Positions 1 through 10,703 of a stretch of DNA of 64,000 nt are shown one piece after another. The notes beneath the pieces are model-generated. The model searched no databases. It saw nothing but the letters and a program-made list of their open reading frames with translations, and had not been told where the DNA came from. The DNA comes from an uncultured Phycisphaerales bacterium (lineage in GTDB: Bacteria > Planctomycetota > Phycisphaerae > Sedimentisphaerales > Anaerobacaceae): the NCBI GenBank assembly GCA_963718665.1, contig OY970359.1, positions 640,001-704,000 on the forward strand. Reading direction: 5' to 3'. The position numbers and the translations under genes are program-made. Numbering within the stretch: position 1 is the stretch's first letter; each line of letters opens with the position of its first letter.

Positions 1-389
1 ACCGACTGCTTCGCCTGGTCCTCGACCCCGGTTCGATTTCCAATCCAGTGCGCGGATATTTGGCCGGCAGCGTTCAAAACCGTCGGGCTGTTTCTTTGGT
101 TGATTTTGCATTGGTTCCCGATTGCCTTTGGCAATCCGTCTGCCCCGTATAAGCTGAAAGGATGACATTTCGAACAGCTAACTGTCCCGTCCGAGGAAAT
201 ACGGGTCTCGTAAAAAAGGATTTTGCCGAGCTTGACCTTTTCGGGTGTCACCGGATTTTTGTCCGATTCCATCACCTTCGGTAACTGGCCGAATACCTGC
301 TTTGCCCGCGTTGCCAGGTCATCATCTGCGCTCTCGGCCAACGTCACAAAAGCAAAAGACAAAACAAAAGCAATTACAAGCGTCTTCAC
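1..389 (-). CDS. Di-heme cytochrome c peroxidase (CcpA/MauG family), 5' part; runs off the window edge
   Basis: Hand translation from GTG at 389: signal peptide, then NPVTPEKVKLGKILFYETRISSDGTVSCSKCH (CxxCH) ...RNSPTVLNAA...HW; not in the ORF track. Confidence 0.85.
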   Translation of the reverse strand, partial: MKTLVIAFVLSFAFVTLAESADDDLATRAKQVFGQLPKVMESDKNPVTPEKVKLGKILFYETRISSDGTVSCSKCHPFSLYGADGLPKAIGNQCKINQRNSPTVLNAAGQISAHWIGNRTGVEDQAKQS

Positions 390-406
390 GTCTATCCACA
401 CTTTAA

Positions 407-1135
407 TTACGATGACGATTTAACTTTTACCGACGGCGCGGTAAACTTTGCCAAATCGGCCAGACCAAGCTCGGCTTCGATTTCGCTGATTTGCTTCACC
501 GCATTCTCGAATCCATTTTTACCAAGCATCTCCTGCTCGATATCCTCGAATTTGTCGTTCATCTTGTCTAATTGTTTAGCGGTTAGGGTTTGTTTCCACG
601 CGGGGAAAATAACCGTGTCCTCTCTTGCCGCGTGCGGCCGGTACATCCGCACCATCGACTCCATCGCCTTTGCCAACGGCTCTGTGTCACCAGATTCTAT
701 TTTTGCGGCCTTTGTCACGGAAAGAATATACTCGGTTGTCTCACGGCCGCGATTATGCTGTTCGATTAGAATATCCGTGTAGCCCGCCGTATCGCCCCCC
801 GCCTTTTTGACCGCCGGAAAAATAAATGCCTCTTCCAGTTTCTTCTCGTGATAATCCTCGCCAAAAGTGTGAAACAGATTGGCTGTCTTCTGAAGCGCGC
901 CAGGCGAAACCTCCGAAAGATTGCTTCGCAGCCGCATTGCTGCTTCGCTGTAAACAAACAGTGCCCTTCGCAAAATACCGTGCTCCCGCATCAAATCCTC
1001 GGTCGCAGTAACTTCCCCGCCCATTGCCTCTTTGCTCGGCTCCGGCTCAACTACCCCCAGCGCCCTGCCCGCTAAAATCATACCGCTGCTTACGCCGCCG
1101 ATACCGACAAGTAAATCTCTTCTGCTCAAGCCCAT
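407..1135 (-). CDS. Tat-exported hemerythrin/HHE-domain protein
   Basis: SRRDLL twin-arginine motif; His/Glu motifs LMREHG, YHEKKLEE, EQHNRGR, RPHAARED; AAGGAG RBS before ATG 1135. Confidence 0.8.
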   Translation of the reverse strand: MGLSRRDLLVGIGGVSSGMILAGRALGVVEPEPSKEAMGGEVTATEDLMREHGILRRALFVYSEAAMRLRSNLSEVSPGALQKTANLFHTFGEDYHEKKLEEAFIFPAVKKAGGDTAGYTDILIEQHNRGRETTEYILSVTKAAKIESGDTEPLAKAMESMVRMYRPHAAREDTVIFPAWKQTLTAKQLDKMNDKFEDIEQEMLGKNGFENAVKQISEIEAELGLADLAKFTAPSVKVKSSS

Positions 1136-1294
1136 AGTAATCTCCTTAACCACAACTGCATATTAAATCTCTCGGTAAATCGCAGCTATAAGGAAATTGC
1201 TTAGACGTGAATTCATAATTGCTTAATGCCGGCCGGATTCCCGTGATACCTCATCGACCGAAACACGCGATGCAAACTATGCTGCTGTGCAGGA

Positions 1295-1855
1295 TTACTT
1301 GGTTACTCTGCCGAGATATGAACCGTCTTCGGTGTTGATGCGAACCACCTCGCCGACTTCGATAAAAGGCGGCACCCTTATTCTCAGGCCCGTCTCCAAA
1401 TCGGCGTCCTTCATCTGATTGGTAACAGTCGCTCCTTTGGGCTGGGGCGTCGTTTCCGTAACAGTCAATTCAACCGTCTTGGGAATTTCGATACTCACAA
1501 CGTTGCCGTTATTCAGCATTGCCGTCAGCATCGTATTGGGCTTGAAAAACTTTATCAGGTCGCCGATTATTTCGTTAGGGACCGTTATCTGGTCAAACGT
1601 CTTTGTGTCCATCAGGACATGCCCGTGACTGTCCGAGTAAAGGTATTCCATCTCGCGCTTATCAAGATACGCCTGCTCAAGTTCCTCCGTGGCGCGTAAA
1701 CGATTCTCAACAATGGTACCGTCGGAAATCCTCTTGAGTTTGGCCTGAACGAATGCCCGCAGGTTGCCGGGCGTCACGTGAGCAAACTTGGTGCAGATAT
1801 ACAACTGGCCTTGCACCTTAATGGCCATTCCGGGTCGCATTTCACTTGCCTTCAC
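1295..1855 (-). CDS. efp: Elongation factor P
   Basis: 186 aa; HVTPGNLRAFVQ loop, LETGLRIRVPPFIEVGE...INTEDGSYLGR C-terminus. Confidence 0.95.
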   Translation of the reverse strand: MKASEMRPGMAIKVQGQLYICTKFAHVTPGNLRAFVQAKLKRISDGTIVENRLRATEELEQAYLDKREMEYLYSDSHGHVLMDTKTFDQITVPNEIIGDLIKFFKPNTMLTAMLNNGNVVSIEIPKTVELTVTETTPQPKGATVTNQMKDADLETGLRIRVPPFIEVGEVVRINTEDGSYLGRVTK

Positions 1856-1973
1856 AACATTCTCCTATACAAGCTATTTTCTTCAATAATCAATAAAGGG
1901 CTTATTTTAGCGTAAAGACCGCTTCCCGGTCAAGTGCAATCACCGCAAATCATCGATAATCAATTACCGATTA

Positions 1974-3833
1974 TCAGTTCTTGCCTTGGGGATTAAGGTA
2001 TTTGAACTCGAAGAAAAACCCGTCGGGCCTGCTGATTCCGTAGCCCGCCGACAGGCCAAAATACTTTTTCACCGCGCCAAACTCAGGCAGCAAACTAAAG
2101 TCCGCGAAATCCCACGCGTCAGGTCCCGCAAGGACAGCCGCCGCAGGCCCCATTCCCATGGAAGCCCGCCGTGATTTGGCGCTGTCCTTCAGCATCCACC
2201 ACAACAATTCCCCCGACGCCACGTTATCCTCAAATCCAGCCGACCCCACAACCGAAGGAATAGCCGCTTTTGCTGTGTTAAACCACTTTGCCGTACTCAC
2301 CGGCTCGTTTTCCGCCCCGCCCAAAGTCCGTATCGCTCGCTCAACCGCTGGCTCCGGCCCAAAAATCAAATGCGTATCAGTAATCATAAAAGCCAACCGC
2401 TCCCCCTTCGGTGTCGCACGCTGCGGCCCCGCCTCCACCATCGGCACAGACCCGCCCAAAACAGGCACTCCCGCCGGCCCAATAAGATAAAGCGTGTATC
2501 CAAGTAATTCACGCGTCGGCTCAGGATTGTTCGGCGCAATCAGCCGTTTGTGAATAAGCGACAGTGACTTCTCCAGCGCCGCCCGATTGTTCACACTCAC
2601 GGCTATATAAATATCCGTCGGCTCTTTATCCTTCGAAAACGGCTTGTTTACGCTCTGAGCAATCACAATCTCCGTGCCAAGATATTCTATTATGTCGGGC
2701 CTGATGGATATCCCCGGCTCACTGTCCGACCCCGTCCCCGGAATCGGCTGCTGAAGCAGCAGCGCCGTCGTCGGGTCAAATCCGTAAATTATGCTGCAAA
2801 GCTCGTCATACGCACGCTTGATATCCAGGTTCAAAAAACTCACCGAGCACGCCGACGCCGGCACAAATCGCGGAGCACGCACTGGGTCGGAACGCATCTC
2901 CAACATTTTCAAAATGCCCTTCCTCATCCCGGTCGTCCTCAAAAAAATCTTCCCACGAACCGTACTCTCCGCGTCAGGCACAATACCGGCAGAAAAACCA
3001 AGCCCCCCCGCTCCGTCAAGACCAAGATTAGCAATCTCCTTCTGTGATTCGCCCGTCGCGTCCCCATCGGCCAGTTGTTTTATCATCCGTTTTAAATTCA
3101 CATATACATCGACGTCATGATATGGCCCGACCGCTCCCATCGTCGCTGTGTAATCCGTATCGCCCGCCAGCGATGAAGCCCCCGCGCCCTTAATCTGCGA
3201 AACAACGAACTTTACCGCCTCCGCGTCGTTTGCCATTATCAGGCAATCACCGACAAAACAATAAACGTCTTTTTCCGACGTCGGCCCTGTTTTTTCCGCC
3301 ATATTATCATCGCTGTCTTTAACCGCCGGTTTTTCCGCCGCCGCCGTCGTCAGCGTTATGATATTTACGTCACGATAGCTCTCAATCCCCCTGTGCGCGC
3401 CTTTTTCAACGGACCTGGCCGTTATCTTCTCGATAACATCTCTCACCCTGCCGATATTGCGACCCCACTGACTTATCAGCATCATCGACATTTCCTGCTG
3501 CCCCACCGTCATCACAAACGTCAGTCGGCCTTCGGGCATAAGATTCGCGTCGAGTATGCCTTTTACAAATGAGTCCTTGTCGCCCTCTATCTTTTCACGA
3601 ACCTTGCCGGTGAAGTTTTTCACAAACGCAGACATCGACGGGTCATTATATAACTTATAAATACTGGTTTTTTCGAGTTTGGTCCTGAACTGATTGAAGT
3701 CGCCTATATCCACAAGCAGCACTGTATCCGCCCCGACAAGCTCCGCCGTCTTCGGCAGTCCTGCCCCCTTCGCGTTGTCAACCATCACTGCTGCACAAAT
3801 AACACAAATCGAAAATGCTGCTCTAATTTTCAT
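1974..3833 (-). CDS. Secreted hypothetical protein (DUF3352-like)
   Basis: 619 aa, N-terminal signal peptide, repeated alpha/beta units; overlaps the RBS region of the upstream protease operon. Confidence 0.6.
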   Translation of the reverse strand: MKIRAAFSICVICAAVMVDNAKGAGLPKTAELVGADTVLLVDIGDFNQFRTKLEKTSIYKLYNDPSMSAFVKNFTGKVREKIEGDKDSFVKGILDANLMPEGRLTFVMTVGQQEMSMMLISQWGRNIGRVRDVIEKITARSVEKGAHRGIESYRDVNIITLTTAAAEKPAVKDSDDNMAEKTGPTSEKDVYCFVGDCLIMANDAEAVKFVVSQIKGAGASSLAGDTDYTATMGAVGPYHDVDVYVNLKRMIKQLADGDATGESQKEIANLGLDGAGGLGFSAGIVPDAESTVRGKIFLRTTGMRKGILKMLEMRSDPVRAPRFVPASACSVSFLNLDIKRAYDELCSIIYGFDPTTALLLQQPIPGTGSDSEPGISIRPDIIEYLGTEIVIAQSVNKPFSKDKEPTDIYIAVSVNNRAALEKSLSLIHKRLIAPNNPEPTRELLGYTLYLIGPAGVPVLGGSVPMVEAGPQRATPKGERLAFMITDTHLIFGPEPAVERAIRTLGGAENEPVSTAKWFNTAKAAIPSVVGSAGFEDNVASGELLWWMLKDSAKSRRASMGMGPAAAVLAGPDAWDFADFSLLPEFGAVKKYFGLSAGYGISRPDGFFFEFKYLNPQGKN

Positions 3834-3845
3834 CTGCGCCTTTCA

Positions 3846-4829
3846 TCAATCAATCTTCGGCTTGCCTTTATTGCGTCTGCCGTCCGGCTGAATATACCTG
3901 TACCCCGTATTCGGATTGTTCTTGTCATACGCGAACGCGTCGCGGTTATCTATAAAATGCTTCACGTAATCCACAGGTATCGCAAACCCCAGCCCCCCGA
4001 GGAATACGTAACCCATATTCGTAACCCCGATAACCTCGCCCGACAGGTTAAACAAAGGCCCGCCTGAATTGCCCGGGTTAATCGCCGCGTCGGTCTGCAA
4101 ATAAATCAGCCCCTCAAACGCCCTGTTCGTCGTACTGATAACCCCGTTGGTCACAGTCCGCTCAAGACCCAGCGGATTACCAATCGCGAACACCTGCTCG
4201 CCCGCCCGTATCTCGCCGATATCGCCGAGATAAACAAACTTCACCTGCATATCGCCCAAATCCTCAACCTTCAAAAGTGCGAGGTCAACGAAAGGATTTA
4301 TCGCCTCAATCCGCACGCCCTTGAAAACCTTCTTATCGAAGCCGTCTTTTGCCTTCTTAAATACCGTTACCTCAATCTTTGTTTCCTTCTCGACGACGTG
4401 ATAATTCGTTATAAGATACCCCTGTTCATTTATAAAAAATCCCGACCCCATCCCCGCCGGGCTGCTAACCTTGACCACCGCCTCCCCAACTTCCGCCACA
4501 CACTGCTCAATTGTTCTCTTCTGGAATTTACCCGTGTAATACAGCCGACCTGTCGCTGGCTCCGCTTTTATCTCATTCGCTTCTGTCGCCGGCTGCATTG
4601 ACACCGCATTCGCATCTCCCGTTTTGTCATAGTGATATTCGAGAACATCCTCTCTGGGAACAGCTATCACCGTAACACCGACGTCCACGTAAATCTGCTC
4701 GTGCCTCTCCGCTACAATATCACCCACGAGCTTTTGCCCTCCCTTTAGCACAACGACGTCCGCCTGCACAAATCCCGCAAATAAACCGGCCAACACAACA
4801 CCCAACACGATTGTCCCGTAATATCTCAT
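3846..4829 (-). CDS. Trypsin-like (S1C/HtrA-type) serine protease without PDZ domain
   Basis: GSGFFI, ITNYHV, DLALLK, QTDAAINPGNSGGPL. Confidence 0.9.
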   Translation of the reverse strand: MRYYGTIVLGVVLAGLFAGFVQADVVVLKGGQKLVGDIVAERHEQIYVDVGVTVIAVPREDVLEYHYDKTGDANAVSMQPATEANEIKAEPATGRLYYTGKFQKRTIEQCVAEVGEAVVKVSSPAGMGSGFFINEQGYLITNYHVVEKETKIEVTVFKKAKDGFDKKVFKGVRIEAINPFVDLALLKVEDLGDMQVKFVYLGDIGEIRAGEQVFAIGNPLGLERTVTNGVISTTNRAFEGLIYLQTDAAINPGNSGGPLFNLSGEVIGVTNMGYVFLGGLGFAIPVDYVKHFIDNRDAFAYDKNNPNTGYRYIQPDGRRNKGKPKID

Positions 4830-5014
4830 AAATTACCCGCCAATCAACGATAAATCCTTTCCCTGTTTTACGCCATAAACCCCGCCTTTTCAAGTACAAA
4901 CCGCCCTTATTATGATTTCTGTTGCAAATCATCGCTCTTTGTTGACAATGTTAAATCATAAATCAAAATTTATCCGCCAGTCAGTTTGGCGGAATCATAA
5001 ATCAAAAATTGAAA

Positions 5015-6637
5015 ATGGTTTTCACGCTTCACAGATATATTTTTCGCGAGGTCATCAGGGTTTTTATCCTCGCAACCGTGGCTCTGACGTTGATGATGAG
5101 CTTGGGCAGCATTCTGCGCCCGGTCCAGGAATTCGGCGTCGGCCCAGGGCAGGTCGTCCGCCTTATGATTTATTTCCTCCCTGTTACCCTCACCTTTGTT
5201 CTGCCTATGGCCGCGCTTTTCGCCACCACCCTCGTTTACGGCCGGCTCGCCAACGACAACGAGCTTGACGCCTGCAAGGCAAGCGGCATTTCCGTCCTCA
5301 CACTGGTTTACCCCGGCTTTATTCTCGCCGTCATTGTCGCCACCGCAAACCTGCTCCTCAGCTTTTATGTTATGCCTGCCTTTATACACCAGGCGGAAAA
5401 CTCCCTCAAAAACGACGCCAGGCAAATCCTTTTCAGAAATATCCAGCGAAAGGGTTACTATTCCCTGCCCCCCGACGGCCGCTGCAGGATTTACGCCGAC
5501 AACGCCGACATACAAAATAATGTGCTCTCAGGAGTTGTCGCCGTCGATATGGCCGCCAACGGCTCAATCAAAAGAATCGTTACCGCGGAAACTGCGAAAG
5601 TTGTCTTCGACCCTCATCAAAATATTAACGAGGTACGCATTAACGCCCACAACACCTACCAGATAGCCCCCGGTGAAGACGCCGCCTTCTTCGCTGAACA
5701 ACTCTCCCTGACCGCTGAATTCGGCGCACTGCTCGGCGACAATATCCAGTTCAAAAAAATCGGCGAAATGAAACAAATTCGCCGAAACCCCATGCTCTTC
5801 GAACCCGTCGATCGACTTGCCCGCCACCTCTATGCCATGTTCACCGCCGAGCTCCTCGCCCAGCAGATTAACGACGCCTTCTCCTCCCCCGCAAAAACAC
5901 CCTTCAAGCTCTTCAATGACCGTCAGGTTGTCGAATTTTCCGCAAAATCCTGTTCACTCAAGGATGAAGAATGCCTCATTCTCACTGATGACATTACTAT
6001 TACCGAACGGCCGGTCAGCAGCAACACATCGCCCCGAACACTGCGGTGCCAAAAGGCCTTTATCAATATCGAAGGCGATGAAATGGCCCCCACGCTTACT
6101 CTCGATATTCAAAACGCCAAATGGACATCCACCGACCCGCAAAACCCGCAGACACAGGAAAATATCCTCGCAAGACAAATCATCAGGGGGCTTGTTATGC
6201 CCGCTGCCGTTACCGACAATTTCAAAACCGACGATATCCTTAGCGAAATAAGCCCAAAAGCAATATCTGCCGCCCTCCACGACGGCCCCGACAAACAGTT
6301 GCTCGCCCTGCAGGACCAGCTTCGAAAAAGAATCGCCAGAACACTTACCTCTATAAGTGCCGAAATGAACTCACGCCTCGTCTTCGGCGTCGGATGCGTA
6401 ACACTTATTATGATTGGTATCGGCCTCGGAATCGTCCTCAAAGGCGGCCATCTCCTTACCGCCTTTGCGGCAAGCGCAGCACCGGCTCTCGTCTTCATCT
6501 CCTGTATTATTATGGGCAAAAACATCGCCGAAAACCCGTCTTCCAGAATCATATTCGGCGTCCCAATGATGTGGACAGGACTGATTATTCTCTCACTGCT
6601 TGGACTTGAATTATATCGGCGATTGCTTCGCCATTAA
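5015..6637 (+). CDS. lptF: LptF/LptG family LPS export permease
   Basis: 3+3 TM layout, YGRLANDNELDACKASGIS motif; paired with the next gene. Confidence 0.8.
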   Translation: MVFTLHRYIFREVIRVFILATVALTLMMSLGSILRPVQEFGVGPGQVVRLMIYFLPVTLTFVLPMAALFATTLVYGRLANDNELDACKASGISVLTLVYPGFILAVIVATANLLLSFYVMPAFIHQAENSLKNDARQILFRNIQRKGYYSLPPDGRCRIYADNADIQNNVLSGVVAVDMAANGSIKRIVTAETAKVVFDPHQNINEVRINAHNTYQIAPGEDAAFFAEQLSLTAEFGALLGDNIQFKKIGEMKQIRRNPMLFEPVDRLARHLYAMFTAELLAQQINDAFSSPAKTPFKLFNDRQVVEFSAKSCSLKDEECLILTDDITITERPVSSNTSPRTLRCQKAFINIEGDEMAPTLTLDIQNAKWTSTDPQNPQTQENILARQIIRGLVMPAAVTDNFKTDDILSEISPKAISAALHDGPDKQLLALQDQLRKRIARTLTSISAEMNSRLVFGVGCVTLIMIGIGLGIVLKGGHLLTAFAASAAPALVFISCIIMGKNIAENPSSRIIFGVPMMWTGLIILSLLGLELYRRLLRH

Positions 6638-6664
6638 GCGTTTAATAAACCAGCGAAAAATAAA

Positions 6665-7795
6665 ATGAAAATATTAGACAAATACGTTGCGAAAAACTTC
6701 CTCATCGGCTACGCCATTGCCTTTTGCGTCCTCATCGGCATGCGCATAACCATTGACCTCTTCGCAAATCTCGACGAATTCGTCGAGCATGCCGACCTCG
6801 ATACCATGGCTGTAATCGCCAACATCATCACTTATTACTCGCTCCAGAGCACTTTGTATTTCCGCGACTTCGCAGGTATGATTACCGTCGTCGCCGCCGC
6901 ATTCTCCCTCGGCAAAATGGTGCGATACAACGAGCTGATAGCCATGATGGCTTCGGGCGTCAGTTTAAAAAGAGTCATCACCCCCATCGTCATCCTCGCC
7001 GTCGTGTTCTCCGGCTTTCTCATAATCGACCAGGAATTGATTATCCCCGCTCTCGGCCCCAAACTCGTCCGGAGCTCAGATGCCATACCCGGCAAAGAAT
7101 CTTACAAAGTATGGTTCATAACCGACGCCAGCGGCTCACTTGTATCGGCCAAAAAATTTGACGTGGCTTCCTCGACTTTTGATGACCTCATCGTCGTAAC
7201 TCGATCCAAAAAACCCGATGCCCTCCTTTGGGAACCAACAGGTATTATCGAAGCCAGCAAGGCAACTTACGATTCCAAAAGCCAGACATGGCTCCTCACC
7301 GACGGCTTTTTCACCCCCATCCCGAAACTCGGCTTGCACCAGCCCGGCAGACAAAATGCCGCCGCCTCACGAACCCCTCTTTCCGCCTACCGCACCGACT
7401 TAACGCCAAACGACATCCCCATCAGGCGAAAAGCCGAGCACAAATCTCTCCTCAGCTCTCTGCAATTATCTCAACTGGCCTCGCAGGGAACGCAACTCAA
7501 AGACATCGCGAACCTCTACAGCCAGAAACATTTCAGAATTACCGACCCCATTATGAATCTCGTTATGCTTCTCGTCTGCCTGCCCGTCCTCGTTTGCCGC
7601 GACCCCAAATCAATGAAATCCGCCATCGCCATCAGCTTCGCCATCACCGCTGCCTCGCTCGTCATTAGTTTTGTCTGCAGAATACTCGCCACCGAAGACG
7701 TCTTCGGCAGAATCGTCCCCGAACTCTGGGCGTGGCTCCCTGTCTTTATCTTCGCTCCAATCGCCTTTCTTGAAATCGACTCAATGAAAACCTGA
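6665..7795 (+). CDS. lptG: LptF/LptG family LPS export permease
   Basis: MKILDKYV start, NELIAMMASGVSLKRV motif, AWLP near C-terminus. Confidence 0.8.
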   Translation: MKILDKYVAKNFLIGYAIAFCVLIGMRITIDLFANLDEFVEHADLDTMAVIANIITYYSLQSTLYFRDFAGMITVVAAAFSLGKMVRYNELIAMMASGVSLKRVITPIVILAVVFSGFLIIDQELIIPALGPKLVRSSDAIPGKESYKVWFITDASGSLVSAKKFDVASSTFDDLIVVTRSKKPDALLWEPTGIIEASKATYDSKSQTWLLTDGFFTPIPKLGLHQPGRQNAAASRTPLSAYRTDLTPNDIPIRRKAEHKSLLSSLQLSQLASQGTQLKDIANLYSQKHFRITDPIMNLVMLLVCLPVLVCRDPKSMKSAIAISFAITAASLVISFVCRILATEDVFGRIVPELWAWLPVFIFAPIAFLEIDSMKT

Positions 7796-8040
7796 AAACA
7801 ACATCAAGCATCCAGGCAAAGATCAACGGCTTTTTCTGCCCCCTCTTTACAAGGTTCAACTCTGTTTCCTGTTAGGCAGTTGCGAAGCATAAATTAAGCA
7901 TTTTCCTTATTTCGCTTTACCGGCTTCGCCGCTATTTTACAAACACAATATAGCAGGTTTTAATGTGTCCAATTACGTGCGTAGTAAAGTGCCAATTTGG
8001 GGCAATACCTAAATCGAACTCATTATGAAGGGACAAATTT

Positions 8041-9222
8041 ATGTGCTCTCAGCTAAATAGACGCGATTTTCTTAAAGTTGTCGGAGTCACTGGAATCAGC
8101 GCAACACTGTTTAGTATCGACTCATTGGCAACGGATTTGCCGATGCAAAACTTTTTCTTCGCCCAGTTGTCCGACACGCACTGGGGTTTCGATAACCCGG
8201 CCATAAACCCTGATTTTGCCGGAACATTGAAAAAAACCATTGCGGGTGTAAACGCACTCGAACAACAGCCCGATTTCATTGTCTTTACAGGCGACCTGAC
8301 TCATACCACCGACGACGGTAATGTTCGGAGAAAGCGAATGAAGGAGTTTCGCGAAATTATTAAGGAGCTGAAGGTTCGGAACATCAGGTTTTTACCGGGC
8401 GAGCACGATGCCTCCCTCGACAATGGCAATGCCTTCAAGGAATTTTTCGGAGATACCCACTATACTTTCGACCACAAGGGCGTTCATTTTATCGCCCTTG
8501 ATAACGTCTCCGACCCGCATGCGACCCTCGGCGAGGAACAGCTCGGCTGGCTCAAGGCCGACCTCGAAAAACTCGACAAAAACGCCAGAATTGTAGTTCT
8601 CACTCACCGCCCGCTCTTCGACCTTGCTGCCGACTGGGATTGGACCACAGCCGACGGAGCCAAAGCGATAGAGCTTCTGACTCCTTTCAGCAGCGTCATC
8701 GTTCTCTATGGCCACATCCACCAGGTTAATAACCACATGACAGGTCAAATCGCGCACCATTCCGCGATGGGCCTTATGTATCCGCTGCCCGCGCCGCACT
8801 CTGTCCCCAAAAAAATTCAGATACCCTGGGATGCCGCTCACCCATACAAAGGACTGGGTTATCGGCAGGTCCAGCCCAAAGTCAGCCCGGTTGATTTTGC
8901 GATAACCGACCTGCCGGTGGTCTCAGCCGGTGCAGACCAGCCGACAGAGCAGGTGATTAAAATTACCGCCAAAAAATTTGAGTACTCACCAAACAATATT
9001 ACTCTGAAAAAAGGTGTCCCCGTAACGCTTTCGCTGACATCCCTCGACCAATTACACGGATTTAACTGCCCCAGCCTTAACATCCGCTCTGACATCGCCC
9101 CTGGAAAGGTCAACACAATCCGTTTCACGCCGGAAAAAATCGGCACTTTCGATTTTCATTGCGACGTTTTCTGCGGAAGCGGCCACGAACAGATGACAGG
9201 AACAATCACTGTTACAGAATAG
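8041..9222 (+). CDS. Tat-exported calcineurin-like metallophosphoesterase fused to a C-terminal CuA-type cupredoxin domain
   Basis: NRRDFLK; SDTH, TGDL, GEHD, GHIH motifs; C-terminal H...CDVFCGSGHEQM. Confidence 0.85.
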   Translation: MCSQLNRRDFLKVVGVTGISATLFSIDSLATDLPMQNFFFAQLSDTHWGFDNPAINPDFAGTLKKTIAGVNALEQQPDFIVFTGDLTHTTDDGNVRRKRMKEFREIIKELKVRNIRFLPGEHDASLDNGNAFKEFFGDTHYTFDHKGVHFIALDNVSDPHATLGEEQLGWLKADLEKLDKNARIVVLTHRPLFDLAADWDWTTADGAKAIELLTPFSSVIVLYGHIHQVNNHMTGQIAHHSAMGLMYPLPAPHSVPKKIQIPWDAAHPYKGLGYRQVQPKVSPVDFAITDLPVVSAGADQPTEQVIKITAKKFEYSPNNITLKKGVPVTLSLTSLDQLHGFNCPSLNIRSDIAPGKVNTIRFTPEKIGTFDFHCDVFCGSGHEQMTGTITVTE

Positions 9223-9296
9223 TTTCGATTAGCTGATTTGTTTAACAGAACCTGTTATCTGGTGCGGGTAAATAGGAACGTTACTCTTCTTAATCA

Positions 9297-10619
9297 TTAA
9301 TAACTCCGCTCCCTATGTGTCCTTAATTTTTCACGGATTTCCTTGTTTATCCTCGCGCTGCACCATTGCTTGCCGCACATTGAGCAGTAATCCGCGATAC
9401 TCTTGCCGTTTTCCTCTATTCCCCTGCACGCCTCCTCGTGCATTCTCACTGCCGTCTCCGGGTCCAGCGACTGCGCAAGATGCCTGTCCCAGTCAAGGTT
9501 CGCTCTGGCAATACTCAATCCCCTGTCCCTGTCCGCCGCGCCTGCAAGTCCCCTCGCCACGTCGCCCGCGTGCGCCGCAATCCGCGCAGCAATCACGCCC
9601 GTCCGCACGTCCTCGGCATTCGGCAAACCCAAATGTTCCCTCGGCGTAACATAACACAAAAACGACGCCCCGTAATACGCCGCCGCTGTCCCCCCTATCG
9701 CCGACGTTATATGGTCATACCCCGGCGCAATATCCGTAACCACAGGCCCAAGAACATAAAACGGCGCGTTATGGCAAATCTCCTGCTGAATCTTCATATT
9801 GTGCTCTATCTGGTTAAACGGCACGTGCCCAGGCCCCTCGACCATAACCTGGCATCCCGCCTCAATCGCACGCTGAGTCAATTCACCAAGAGTCCGCAGC
9901 TCCGAAATTTGCGCCTCATCCGTCGCGTCCGCCAAACTCCCGGGCCGCAACCCGTCCCCCAAAGAAAAACAAACGTCATATTCACGCATCAACGCGCACA
10001 ATTCATCGAACATCTCATACAGCAGATTTTGCCTCCCGTGATAAAGCATCCATTCCGCCAATAACGCCCCGCCCCTGCTCACTATCCCCATTACACGCTT
10101 GCCCGTCAAAGGCAGATACTCCCTCAGTACCCCAGCGTGAATCGTAAAAAAATCAACCCCCTGCTTTGCCTGCCTCTCAATCACATCAAGAATTATCTTT
10201 TCATCAACCTCCTCCACCGTCCTGTCCGAAACCATCTGGTAAATCGGCACCGTCCCAAACGGAACAGAGCACTGGGCCAGCAATTCTTCCCTTATCGCGT
10301 CCAAATCCCCCCCGGTGCTCAAATCCATTATCGCGTCCGCCCCCATTTCTATCGCAACTCGCATCTTCTCAATTTCTTCCCCGACAGTGCTCCGAACGCT
10401 GCTCACCCCGATATTGGCGTTGACTTTCGTCGTCAGCACACGACCTATCCCACGGGGTTTCAAATTCCGCTTCAAATGAATCACATTGGCGGGTATCACC
10501 AACCGACCCGCCGCTATTTCATCACGCACTAAGCCCGCCTCAACACCTTCGGTCTTCGCCACGTATTCAACCTCCGAACTTATCCGACCGGCCTTCGCTG
10601 TCTCTAATTGTGTCGCCAT
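9297..10619 (-). CDS. thiC: Phosphomethylpyrimidine synthase
   Basis: TKVNANIG, SLGDGLRPG, EGPGHVP, PGYDHITSAIG, CSMCG. Confidence 0.97.
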   Translation of the reverse strand: MATQLETAKAGRISSEVEYVAKTEGVEAGLVRDEIAAGRLVIPANVIHLKRNLKPRGIGRVLTTKVNANIGVSSVRSTVGEEIEKMRVAIEMGADAIMDLSTGGDLDAIREELLAQCSVPFGTVPIYQMVSDRTVEEVDEKIILDVIERQAKQGVDFFTIHAGVLREYLPLTGKRVMGIVSRGGALLAEWMLYHGRQNLLYEMFDELCALMREYDVCFSLGDGLRPGSLADATDEAQISELRTLGELTQRAIEAGCQVMVEGPGHVPFNQIEHNMKIQQEICHNAPFYVLGPVVTDIAPGYDHITSAIGGTAAAYYGASFLCYVTPREHLGLPNAEDVRTGVIAARIAAHAGDVARGLAGAADRDRGLSIARANLDWDRHLAQSLDPETAVRMHEEACRGIEENGKSIADYCSMCGKQWCSARINKEIREKLRTHRERSY

Positions 10620-10634
10620 TTCTTTTACCGCCTT

Positions 10635-10670
10635 AAAATAAAAAAATCGCTTTCATAAGGAAGCGATTTC
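10635..10670 (-). terminator. Intrinsic terminator (riboswitch attenuator) upstream of thiC
   Basis: Minus strand AAATCGCTTCC-TTAT-GAAAGCGATTT followed by TTTTATTTT, between the aptamer and the start codon. Confidence 0.8.
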
Positions 10671-10703
10671 AATCTCATATCAACATCTTCGACTGTCTTC
10701 TAT

